34,160 nucleotides of DNA, taken from Verrucomicrobiota bacterium. Lineage in GTDB: Bacteria; Verrucomicrobiota; Verrucomicrobiia; Verrucomicrobiales; Akkermansiaceae. A model generated the notes under the pieces. That model saw only the letters and a list, made by a program, of their open reading frames with translations. It did not search any database and was not told the DNA's origin. Position numbers and translations under genes: made by a program. Of the stretch, positions 1 to 8,135 are shown in pieces; within the stretch, counting starts at the first letter, position 1; every line of letters starts with the position of its first letter. The stretch is from NCBI GenBank assembly GCA_041172045.1, contig JBEDKU010000223.1, positions 1-34,160 of the forward strand. The letters are read 5' to 3'.

Positions 1-2652
1 GTTACCGACGGCGAGCGTGCCGTTGATGATGGCCTTGCCGACCGTTCCCGATCCGGCGAGGGTCGCGCCGGAGGCGATGGTGGTGAGCGAGCTGGTGGAA
101 ATGCTACCGTTCACCACCAGCTTGCCGTTGGTGACGTTGGTCGCACCGGTGTAGGTGTTGGTGTCACTGGTGAGCGTCCAGGTGCCTGCTCCGGATTTGG
201 TGATGGTGAGTGTTGCTGTTCCGTTGGAGATGGTGCCGCTGACGGTGTTGGCGCCTGTCGAGGTGCCGGACAGCTCAAGAATGCGGTTCCCTGTCGCCCC
301 GGAATCCACGTTCCCGGCGAGGTTAAGCGAGCCGCCATCACTGGTGATCGTGGAGGTGCCGTTGCCTGCGATGGTTTTGACGGTGCCATTGATGACGTTG
401 TCGCCAGCAAGGTTCAGGATCGAGAGCCCGGCGGTGGTGATGGACAGATTGGAAGCCAGCGCGATGTTCCCGGCGGTTCCATCCAAGGAGAGAAAGCCAT
501 TGTTCTGCGCGTTGATGGTCTTGGGGCCGGCGCCCAGACTGCCGCTCTTGGTGATTTTCAGTTCACCGGTGCTGATGGTGACTCCGCCGGTGAAGGTGTT
601 TTCGCCGGTGAGGGTCAGGGTGCCGGCACCGAGCTTGGCCAGAGTGCCGCCGGAACTGATCAGGTCCGCCGCCCAGGTGACGGTCTGGCTATTGGTATCG
701 GCTCTGTAGGACTGGTTCGCCGCCGTGCTGAAGCGCCCCGAGTAGTCATGGGTGTTAGCGGCGGAGTATTGCAGCGTGCCGCCACTCAGGACGATGGAAC
801 CGGAACTGCCTAGCGGACCGGAGACGCCCGCAGTTTCCGCCACGCCCAGATTGACCGCGCCTGCGGTGAGCGTGGTCGTGCCGGTGTAGGTGTTGGCCTC
901 GGAGAGAGTGAGCGTGTTGATTCCCAACTTGGTGAGGTTGCGCGTGCCGGTGAGCGCGGTGGCTTGGTCGAAACTGCCCGCCGTGGTGTCGATACCGACG
1001 GCGGAAGCGCTATCCAGGGAGAAGCCGCTCAGGGTGTTGGTGAACAGAGCCGCGACGTTGGTACTCGTGTAGTCGCCGGAAACCGCACCGACGCCAAGAC
1101 CGATGTGGCCCGCAGCTCCTGCGGTCACCAAGCCTGCGGCTTTTGCTCCGGTGTTTCGAAACACGAGGAAACCACCATCGACCTGAGTGGCACCATCGTA
1201 GGCGTTGGTGCCGGAAAGGGTCAGTGTGCCCCCGCCCTGCTTGGTGAGGCCCAGACCGGTGCCGGTGATGGCGCCTTGGATTTCGCCCGAAACACCCTGT
1301 GCTTGATCAAAGACACGGGAACCGCTGCCAGCCAAGGTCATGCCGGTGTTGACGATGCCGAGGTTCTTGAGGAGGCCGCTGGTGTAGGTGATGCCAGTTA
1401 GGCTGGTGATATTCTTGCCGGTCATGTCCAGGACGCTGGAGGCGCCGCTGAGTGCAAGAGTGGCGGCAGAGGTGCCGGTTCCGCCAACCCGGGTGATGTC
1501 TCCGTTCACCGTAGTGCTCCCGCCGGTGAAGTTGAGCGCCGCGGTCGTTGTTCCACCACTGCTGTTGGTCGCCATGGTAATTGCGCCGAATGTTGCCGTG
1601 CCGCCGCCGATGTTGATGGTGGCGTTGTTGTTGCCGGTCATCCCTGCGTTGGTGGCTACGGCCATGTTGACCGAAGCAACTTCGAGCGTTCCAGTATCGA
1701 AGGTTAGAGTCGCGCTGGAACCCGCGCTGCCCGTTCCGGTCCGCCTCGCCATGGTCAGTGTGCCGATCTTGGCATCCACACTGTGAGCGGAAAAATCCAC
1801 GACCGCCGTGTGGGTGCCATTGTGACCAAAGCCGTTGTTGACCATGTTCATGGTGGTGACTGCCGCCGTGCCGTCCGCAGCGCGGAGCAGCAGGGTGCCG
1901 GTGCCTGTTTCGAATGAAAGATTGCCACTGCCACGCCCGCTGCTGGATCCAACGGCGATTGTGTTGGCGTTGATGGTATTCGCGACGCTACCGAGTTTCA
2001 GTGTCTGGGTAGTGCCTCGTCCCGCACTGTCGCCTACCCCGAGCACGTTTGCGGTGATGCTGCTGGTAGCGGCAAGCTTGACCGTCGTCTGTGCACCGAA
2101 GGTTGTGCCATTGCTGGCGCCCAAGCGGAAAGTTCCAGTCGGACCCAAGTTGGCAGTGAAGCTGCCCAGACCGCTCATGTCGAGGCTATTGGTGGTGGTG
2201 CCGGCTGTCGGTGTCGTTTGTCCGACTTGGAAGGAAGTGCCGCCCACCGTGAGTGTTCCAGTGCTACCGGTGAGGGTTGTATTTGTGGCAGTCGTCGCAG
2301 TGGTGCTTCCGGCGAGGAGGAAATTACCCGTCACCGCGAGGGTCTGGCCTGCGGCGATATTGGTTGTGTGCTGGAGGGTGGCGCTCTCCTGATTGTAGGT
2401 AAGCGATGCGATCGAGATGCTCGCGTCCACGGTATTGGTGGTGCCTGAGGCGAGCGCGCCCGTGCCATTGAAAGTGACAGCATCTCCGGAGACATCGGAG
2501 TCGTCAGGATTCCAGTTGGTGCCCGTGGACCAATTCTTGTCAGCGACGCCACCCGCATCCCAGGTGATGGGGATGGCGTGGAGGCTTGGCGCAAGCAGGT
2601 TGAAACCGGCGGCGATGGAGGCGGGAAGCAGGAAGAGGCGTTTGTTTTTCAT
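1..2652 (-). CDS. Secreted beta-solenoid protein with autotransporter-associated beta-strand repeats (paralogue 1; C-terminus beyond the left edge)
   Basis: Missing from the ORF track because no stop lies in the window. Read by hand from ATG 2652: MKNKRLFLLPASIAAGFNLLAPSLHA (signal peptide), IPITWDAGGVADKNWSTGTNW..., repeats LTKQGGGTLTLSGTNAYDG, LTKLGINTLTLSEANTYTG, LAKLGAGTLTLTGENTFTG, ITKSGAGTWTLTSDTNTYTG, open to ...GKAIINGTLAVGN at position 1 (884 codons). Closely paralogous to 2939..6592. Confidence 0.93.
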   Translation of the reverse strand, partial: MKNKRLFLLPASIAAGFNLLAPSLHAIPITWDAGGVADKNWSTGTNWNPDDSDVSGDAVTFNGTGALASGTTNTVDASISIASLTYNQESATLQHTTNIAAGQTLAVTGNFLLAGSTTATTATNTTLTGSTGTLTVGGTSFQVGQTTPTAGTTTNSLDMSGLGSFTANLGPTGTFRLGASNGTTFGAQTTVKLAATSSITANVLGVGDSAGRGTTQTLKLGSVANTINANTIAVGSSSGRGSGNLSFETGTGTLLLRAADGTAAVTTMNMVNNGFGHNGTHTAVVDFSAHSVDAKIGTLTMARRTGTGSAGSSATLTFDTGTLEVASVNMAVATNAGMTGNNNATINIGGGTATFGAITMATNSSGGTTTAALNFTGGSTTVNGDITRVGGTGTSAATLALSGASSVLDMTGKNITSLTGITYTSGLLKNLGIVNTGMTLAGSGSRVFDQAQGVSGEIQGAITGTGLGLTKQGGGTLTLSGTNAYDGATQVDGGFLVFRNTGAKAAGLVTAGAAGHIGLGVGAVSGDYTSTNVAALFTNTLSGFSLDSASAVGIDTTAGSFDQATALTGTRNLTKLGINTLTLSEANTYTGTTTLTAGAVNLGVAETAGVSGPLGSSGSIVLSGGTLQYSAANTHDYSGRFSTAANQSYRADTNSQTVTWAADLISSGGTLAKLGAGTLTLTGENTFTGGVTISTGELKITKSGSLGAGPKTINAQNNGFLSLDGTAGNIALASNLSITTAGLSILNLAGDNVINGTVKTIAGNGTSTITSDGGSLNLAGNVDSGATGNRILELSGTSTGANTVSGTISNGTATLTITKSGAGTWTLTSDTNTYTGATNVTNGKLVVNGSISTSSLTTIASGATLAGSGTVGKAIINGTLAVGN
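1420..2568 (-). repeat. Shared beta-solenoid module, copy 1 of 4 (approximate limits)
   Basis: ITWDAGG...NWST..NW through ...VLDMTG; long near-identical DNA tracts with copy 2, e.g. ctgtgagcggaaaaatccacgaccgccgtgtgggtgccattgtgaccaaagc at ~1781 and ~5721. Confidence 0.85.
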
Positions 2653-2719
2653 GGGCTTAATGGCGTTTTTTTGGATTTTGAATCAAGAAATGAGCGAGCG
2701 GAACGACGGCTACACGTGC

Positions 2720-2758
2720 TACACGGTGAGATGCGGAAAAAGCTGACGGGGAATTTTT
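2720..2758 (-). promoter_or_regulatory. Putative ECF-sigma promoter A (GTCAG-N17-CGT)
   Basis: Minus strand AAAAATTCCCC GTCAG CTTTTTCCGCATCTCAC CGTGTA; -35 at 2743-2747, -10 at 2720-2725; one of six copies. Confidence 0.8.
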
Positions 2759-2904
2759 CAATTTCATCGAGCACCGGAAGGCAGGAAGAGCGGTCGAGGC
2801 GGATGGAAGAAGGCTCGGGAGATCTGGGATTCTCCAAGTCCCCGGTGGGCGAGATGAAGGCGGCGCGCCAAGTGGACTTGGTCACGCCGCCCTGTTTCCG
2901 GGAG

Positions 2905-2932
2905 ATCCGCCTCACGGGGTGGTGAGGCGGAT
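2905..2932 (-). terminator. Stem-loop just after the stop of 2939..6592 (terminator or mRNA-stabilising hairpin)
   Basis: Perfect 11-bp stem ATCCGCCTCAC / GTGAGGCGGAT with a 6-nt loop, 6 nt past the stop. No U-tract follows, so intrinsic termination is uncertain. Confidence 0.45.
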
Positions 2933-2938
2933 GTGGAC

Positions 2939-5900
2939 TTAGGGTTGGATCACGCTCAGACGGGCGAAGTTTTTCGCCGGGGTGCCCGGGGTGAGGGTGT
3001 AGGTGATAGTGGCGGCAGGATTTCCGGCAGCTTGGGTGACTTGAGGAGTCCACGAGCCGGCTGCGAGCGTCTGCGAGGTTTCGATGACCCAGGAGACATC
3101 GCCATTGGCAATGGCGTCGGAGCCCTTGGTGTAGGTGATGACGTTGCCGGAGAGCACGCCGGCGGGCTGGCTGGAGACACGTGGGTTTTTGCCAAGGGCG
3201 TATTCCACGATGTTGGTGATGCCGTCGTTGTCGAAGTCGCCGGTGGCAGGCTCGCCGGGGATGTTACCCTTGGTCGGGTCGTTGGCCCATGACGCATAGT
3301 TGGAGCCGCCGGAGGTGGCGGTGAGGAAGCCGCTGGCATCCAGGGCGAAACCGGTGAAACCCGTGGCGGAGATCTGGCCGAGTTGGCTAACACTTAGGCC
3401 TGCGTTGGAGGTGCCGAATTTAAGCGATGAGCCGGAGACGAATCCGGTGAGGTTGAGAGTGCCGCTCCAGGTGCCGTTGCTGTCGGCAAACTCGATTTTG
3501 GCTCCAGCGGCGAGGTTGATGGTGGCCGCACCGGTGACGGCGAGGGTACCGGCGGCTTCGGTGCCGGCGGTGGCGGCACTCAGAGTGCCGCTGCCGATGG
3601 AGACGGGCGAGGCATCGGGAAGGACGCTGGCCGCACCGAGGGCCAGCGTGCCGCCGCTGATCGTGGTGTTGCCAGAGTAGGTGTTCGCTCCGCTGAGGAT
3701 CCACTTGCCGGCACCGGCTTTGGTGAGGCTGAGTTTGCCGGTTCCGGAAGGGTTGACGATGGTCGCGGCGATCAGGTTGTCACCGGTATTGGTGCCGCCT
3801 AGGGTGAAGGCGCGGTCCAGGTTGGCAGTGCCGGTGATGGTGGCGTTTTGATTCGTTAGTTGAACCGCGGTGGTGGGGGTGTCGAGGGTGATTTGGCGGG
3901 TATTGTAGTTGACGGCCGCGATCTTGGTGCCTGTGGCGATGCCTGTGGCCGCGATGGTCATGCCGGGAAACAGCGTTTGGGCGTCGCGAGCGGTGATGAC
4001 CGTGTCACCAAGCCCGAACAAGGCGATGGGAGTGCCCGTGCCATTGACGAGGGTGACTGGCGCGGTGCTGGTGAGGGCGAGCGAGCCGGTGCCGGACGAT
4101 TCGAGGGTGGGGGTGGGCCCAACCAGGCCGAAGGGGCGGTCACTGGAGGAGTTCGCCGCACCTACGTGGCGGAAGGTTCCACCAAAGTTGAAGCTGGTGC
4201 CGGAGCCGATCGAGCTCGGGGTGCCGCTGGCAGTCATGTTTTCCACCACGGTGGTGCCGACGGCGAAACTCGGGGTGGCCGAGGTGCCTTGGTTATCGGT
4301 GCGCGGCAGGGTGAGGGTGCCGGTGCCGTATTTATTGATGCCGGTGGACGTGGTCGCGTCAGTATCGACGAACTGGGAGTTGACCACCACATCTCCGCCA
4401 CCGAGGAAGTTGAAGGTGCGGGTGGAGTTGACCACATCGTTGCGCAGGACGGAGGTCGTTGCGGGAGCGCCGAGGGTGAGGGTGCCGGCGGCCGATTCGA
4501 TGAAATAGCCGCCTCCAGCGGCGGTGATTAGAATATTTCCAAGCAATGCGTTGTTGTCGGAAGCGTTGCGCAAGAAGACCGGCGAGCCGAATGCGGTTTC
4601 ACCGCTGGCGATGTAGCTCTTGCCGGAGGTGTTGATCGTCTTATCGACGTCCACGGTGATGTTGTTGGCGAGTTCGAGAATCGAAACCTTGCGGTTGTCA
4701 CCGGTGAGGGTGATGGTCTTAGGGGCGGCGATCGGGCCAAGAGCTTCGCTGTGTTCGATGCGAAGGGTGTTGGAAGTGGCGATTCCAATGATCTGCACGT
4801 TGCCGGTGAAGGTATTGGCAAGGGGAAGAACCAAGGTGCCTGTGCCAGTCTTGGTTAGTGCGCGGGCGGCTGTTAGTGCGATATTCTGAGTGAAGGATCC
4901 GCCGGCATTGGTGGTGTCGATGAGGACTCCGGATGCGGGATCGAGGCTGAAACCGGCCAGCGAGTTGGAGTTGAACAAATCACTGATTTCGGACGCCGTG
5001 TAGTAGAGGGGATCCGAGCTGTGTGCGCCAAGGCCGATGCTGCCCAGAGAGGTCGCCGTGGCGGTGGCCGCGGTTTTAGCGTTTTTCGAGCCAAAGATCA
5101 GGCTGCCCGCATCGATCTGCGTGGGGCCGTCGTAGGTGTTGGTGCCGAAGAGGGCGAGGGCGCCCGGACCTTGCTTGGTGAGGCCCACACCCGTGCCGGT
5201 GATGTCTCCCTGGATGATGCCCGAGATATTGAGTCCCTGATCGAACACGCGGGAGCCTGTCCCAGCCAAGGTCATGCCGGTATTGACGACGCCGAGGTTC
5301 TTGAGAAGTCCGTCGGTATAGGTGATGCTGTTCAGGTTGGTGAGATTCCCCCCCGAGGTGTCTAGGACGGCAGTGGCACCGTTGAGTGTGAGGTTGGCGA
5401 CGATGGTCCCGGCGGCAGTGCCACCCACACGGGTGATGCCTCCGGTCACCGTGGTGGTTCCGCCAGTGAAGTTGAGCGCTGCGGTGGTGCCGCCACCACC
5501 GTTGTTGGTCGCCATGGAAATCGGGCCGAACTTGGCCGTGCCGCCGCCGATGTTGATGGTGGCGTTGTTGTTGCCGGTCATCAATGCGTTGGTGGCTGCG
5601 GCCATGTTGACCGAAGCGACTTCGAGCGTGCCGGTATCGAATGTCAGGGTTGCATTGGATCCTGCGCTGCCCGTTCCGGTCCGCCTGGCCATGGTAAGCG
5701 CGCCGATTTTGGCGTCCACGCTGTGAGCGGAAAAATCCACGACCGCCGTGTGGGTGCCATTGTGACCAAAGCTGTTGTTGACCAGGTTCATGGCGGTGAC
5801 TGCCGCCGTGCCATTCGCAGCACGGAGCAGCAAGGTGCCGGTGCTTGTTTCAAAGGAAATATTGCCACTGCCGCGTCCTGCGGCGGATCCAACTGCTACC

Positions 5901-6592
5901 GTGTCGGCGTTGATGGTATTATCGACACTACCGAGTTTCAGAGTCTGATTGACGCCCCTTCCCGCCCTGTCACCGACACCGAGTACGGCTGCGGTGATGC
6001 TGCTGGTCGCTGCGAGCTTTACGGTCACCTGTGCTCCAACAGTCGAGCCGCTGTTAGCGCCCAGGCGGAAAATTCCGGTGGCACCCAAGTTTGCAGTCAA
6101 GGTGCCCAGGCCACTCATGTCCAGACTGTTGGTGGTGCTGGTGCCCGGTGCCACTGGCAGCAGTTGTCCGACTTGAAAGGAGGTGCCGCTCACGGTGAGC
6201 GTGCCAGTGCTGCCGGTGAGAGTCACATTCGTCGCAGTCGTCGCAGTGGTGCTTCCGGCGACGAGGAGGTTGCCGGCGACGTCCAGAGTCTGATCTGCGG
6301 CAATGACGGTCGTGTGTTGGTTGGCGGCGTCCTCGAAGCTGTAGCTGAGGGATGCGATCGACTCGCTTGCGCTTACGGTATTCGTGGTGCCGGATCCGGT
6401 GGCGCCGGTGGCGTTGAACGTGACATCATCGCCTGTGGGAGAGGCGTCATCGCTCCAGTTGAGGAGTGTGGACCAGTTGGTGTCGCCACCGCCGGCATCC
6501 CAAGTGATGGCATCGGCATGGAGTGCGGGCGCGAGCAGGATGAAACTGGCGGCGATGGTGGAAGGAAACAGGCGCAGATTTCTATTTTTCAT
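2939..6592 (-). CDS. Secreted beta-solenoid protein with autotransporter-associated beta-strand repeats and a conserved C-terminal domain (paralogue 2, 1217 aa)
   Basis: Signal peptide MKNRNLRLFPSTIAASFILLAPALHA; G/T/A/N-rich; repeats such as LTKAGAGKWILSGANTYSGNTTISGGTLAL; C-terminal NYASWA...DFDNDGITNIVEYALGKNP...FARLSV; no beta-barrel. Confidence 0.93.
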   Translation of the reverse strand: MKNRNLRLFPSTIAASFILLAPALHADAITWDAGGGDTNWSTLLNWSDDASPTGDDVTFNATGATGSGTTNTVSASESIASLSYSFEDAANQHTTVIAADQTLDVAGNLLVAGSTTATTATNVTLTGSTGTLTVSGTSFQVGQLLPVAPGTSTTNSLDMSGLGTLTANLGATGIFRLGANSGSTVGAQVTVKLAATSSITAAVLGVGDRAGRGVNQTLKLGSVDNTINADTVAVGSAAGRGSGNISFETSTGTLLLRAANGTAAVTAMNLVNNSFGHNGTHTAVVDFSAHSVDAKIGALTMARRTGTGSAGSNATLTFDTGTLEVASVNMAAATNALMTGNNNATINIGGGTAKFGPISMATNNGGGGTTAALNFTGGTTTVTGGITRVGGTAAGTIVANLTLNGATAVLDTSGGNLTNLNSITYTDGLLKNLGVVNTGMTLAGTGSRVFDQGLNISGIIQGDITGTGVGLTKQGPGALALFGTNTYDGPTQIDAGSLIFGSKNAKTAATATATSLGSIGLGAHSSDPLYYTASEISDLFNSNSLAGFSLDPASGVLIDTTNAGGSFTQNIALTAARALTKTGTGTLVLPLANTFTGNVQIIGIATSNTLRIEHSEALGPIAAPKTITLTGDNRKVSILELANNITVDVDKTINTSGKSYIASGETAFGSPVFLRNASDNNALLGNILITAAGGGYFIESAAGTLTLGAPATTSVLRNDVVNSTRTFNFLGGGDVVVNSQFVDTDATTSTGINKYGTGTLTLPRTDNQGTSATPSFAVGTTVVENMTASGTPSSIGSGTSFNFGGTFRHVGAANSSSDRPFGLVGPTPTLESSGTGSLALTSTAPVTLVNGTGTPIALFGLGDTVITARDAQTLFPGMTIAATGIATGTKIAAVNYNTRQITLDTPTTAVQLTNQNATITGTANLDRAFTLGGTNTGDNLIAATIVNPSGTGKLSLTKAGAGKWILSGANTYSGNTTISGGTLALGAASVLPDASPVSIGSGTLSAATAGTEAAGTLAVTGAATINLAAGAKIEFADSNGTWSGTLNLTGFVSGSSLKFGTSNAGLSVSQLGQISATGFTGFALDASGFLTATSGGSNYASWANDPTKGNIPGEPATGDFDNDGITNIVEYALGKNPRVSSQPAGVLSGNVITYTKGSDAIANGDVSWVIETSQTLAAGSWTPQVTQAAGNPAATITYTLTPGTPAKNFARLSVIQP
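5355..6508 (-). repeat. Shared beta-solenoid module, copy 2 of 4 (approximate limits)
   Basis: ITWDAGGGDTNWSTLLNWSDD through ...VLDTSG, aligned by eye with the other three copies. Confidence 0.85.
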
Positions 6593-6614
6593 GGGTTGAT
6601 TGGTTTTGTTTGGG

Positions 6615-6645
6615 TCAGGAAGGCCGCTGAAATTTGCGGAATTCC
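6615..6645 (-). promoter_or_regulatory. Conserved 5' leader element, copy 1
   Basis: GGAATTCCGCAAATTTCAGCGGCCTTCCTGA, very similar to 8009..8040; can pair GGAA/TTCC and CCGC/GCGG. Confidence 0.45.
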
Positions 6646-6660
6646 GGTGGGTCTCAGATG

Positions 6661-6697
6661 CACACGGCGGGTCCGGACAATAGCTGACCGATTTTTT
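6661..6697 (-). promoter_or_regulatory. Putative ECF-sigma promoter B
   Basis: Minus strand AAAAAATCG GTCAG CTATTGTCCGGACCCGC CGTGTG; -35 at 6684-6688, -10 at 6661-6666, spacer 17. Confidence 0.8.
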
Positions 6698-6812
6698 GAA
6701 TTTTTTTCCGTCCGGAGCGGAGTTGGAGGAATTCCTTTTTGCGGGAGGCCGCTGAAAGGGCCATTGGGATGAACCCGCGAGTCAGCAACTGCCGGAGTCA
6801 GGCACGGAGGGG

Positions 6813-7981
6813 TTAGGGTTGGATTCCCCGAAGTTTGCCGATCTCGCGCAACTTCTCGACGGTGGGAGCGGGCAGGCGTCCGGTTTGATCCGGGCCGACA
6901 TTGAGCAAATAATTCGCCCGGCGGCGATTGCACAGTTCCAATATGGCCACCAAATCCTCGGCCGGCTTGAGATTCGATGACTTCTCCACGGATTCCCAGA
7001 ACCAGCCCGGTCCGATCACGTCACAGATCTCGGCCGGGTGGGTGTTTCCCTCGGGGGGCAGGGGGACTTTCGCCTTTTTCGCGATGAGCAAGGGATACTC
7101 GTAGCTGTGGATGTCGGTTTTTTCGAAGTTAAGGCTGTTGTTGGCAATCACAAGGCAGTCGGGCTGGAGGGTCTTGATGTGTTGTTTGATTTCCAACCAG
7201 TCGGCGGCGGTGTATTTGTTGCTGTATTGGTCAGCCCACAAGAGATCAATCGGACCATAATTGCCGAGTAGTTCGGTCATTTGTTTCTTGATGAATCCGG
7301 TAAAATTCCCCTTTGCCTCGGGTGGTAAACCCATGAGTTGATCCTTTTCACTCTTCGGCAGGTGGCGTTTCGCAAAGTCACCGGGGAAACAATAGTAGAT
7401 GCCGACCTTGAGATCATGTTTGCGGCAGGCATCGACGAATTCACGCACGATATCGCCTTTGCCTTCCTTGAAGTTCTTGAAGCTGGCGATGTCGTGGGTG
7501 GTGTGCTTGCTATCCCAAAGGCAATAACCATCCGTGTGCTTGACCGTGAGGACCGCATATTTCATTCCAGCCGCAGCAGCAGCCTCCATCCACTGGTTGC
7601 AGTCCAACTGGCTGGGAGCAAAGCTCGCGGGATCCTCGGTGCCGGTGGCCCATTGGCGTTCATGGTAGGTGGCGATGCCGAAATGAACAAACATGCCGAA
7701 TTTCCAACCGAGGAACTCCTCCTGCCGGATGTGGGTTTGTATGCCTCTTGCTGGGCGGGGACACTCTCCGTGCAAACCATTGCGGCCAGGAGAGTGAGTG
7801 AGAACCTTGCGAGGGAACTCCAACTCGCCGGTTGGATGCCGAAGTGGACAAACATGCCGAACCGCGCGTTGGTTAACCACTGAAGGCGGGGTCCAACCAC
7901 CGGAGGAGCCGCTGTTGCCGCGACCGGTTTGCAGATAGCCCGCAGGGCGATGAAGAAACTGAATGCGATGGGTTTGATCAT
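6813..7981 (-). pseudogene. Alpha-L-fucosidase (GH29), frameshifted near 7727, with a duplicated N-terminus
   Basis: The frame of 6813..7880 holds GH29 motifs KFGMFVHFG, GMKYAVLTVKHTDGYCLWDS, LLWADQ (nucleophile Asp) and NYLLNVGPD. The signal peptide(s) lie in the other frame (from ATG 7981). Adding one C at ACATCC|GGCAG gives ...AQQEAYKPTSRQEEFLGWKFG and a 389-aa ORF. A sequencing error cannot be excluded. Confidence 0.8.
7674..7861. repeat. 27-nt direct repeat encoding FGMFVHFGI twice
   Basis: 7674-7700 gatgccgaaatgaacaaacatgccgaa versus 7835-7861 gatgccgaagtggacaaacatgccgaa (25/27 identical), offset 161 nt. Confidence 0.85.
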
Positions 7982-8008
7982 GTGATCTGCGATGAGGTGG
8001 ATCTCATG

Positions 8009-8040
8009 TTAGGAAAAGCCGGCGAAATTTGCGGGATTCC
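8009..8040 (-). promoter_or_regulatory. Conserved 5' leader element, copy 2
   Basis: GGAATCCCGCAAATTTCGCCGGCTTTTCCTAA; starts 16 nt after the -10 of promoter C (copy 1 starts 15 nt after the -10 of promoter B). Confidence 0.45.
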
Positions 8041-8056
8041 TTTTCCGTTGTACAAA

Positions 8057-8091
8057 GATACGGCCCTCTCGGGAGAAAGCTGACGGTTTTT
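8057..8091 (-). promoter_or_regulatory. Putative ECF-sigma promoter C
   Basis: Minus strand AAAAACC GTCAG CTTTCTCCCGAGAGGGC CGTATC; -35 at 8080-8084, -10 at 8057-8062, spacer 17. Confidence 0.8.
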
Positions 8092-8135
8092 CCGGAGTTA
8101 TCCTGCGAGATCGGTTCCGTCCGAGAGACAATCCA

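Noticed and set aside
2834-2881. Inverted repeat CCAAGTCC/GGACTTGG and near-palindrome CCAAGTGGACTTGG
   Set aside because: Short, single occurrence, not seen at the other promoters; too weak to call an operator or MITE.
2939-6824. Paralogue 2 and the GH29 gene both end in ATCCAACCCTAA (IQP-stop)
   Set aside because: Only 12 nt with no similarity on either side; cannot be told apart from chance and has no att-site or mobile-element context.
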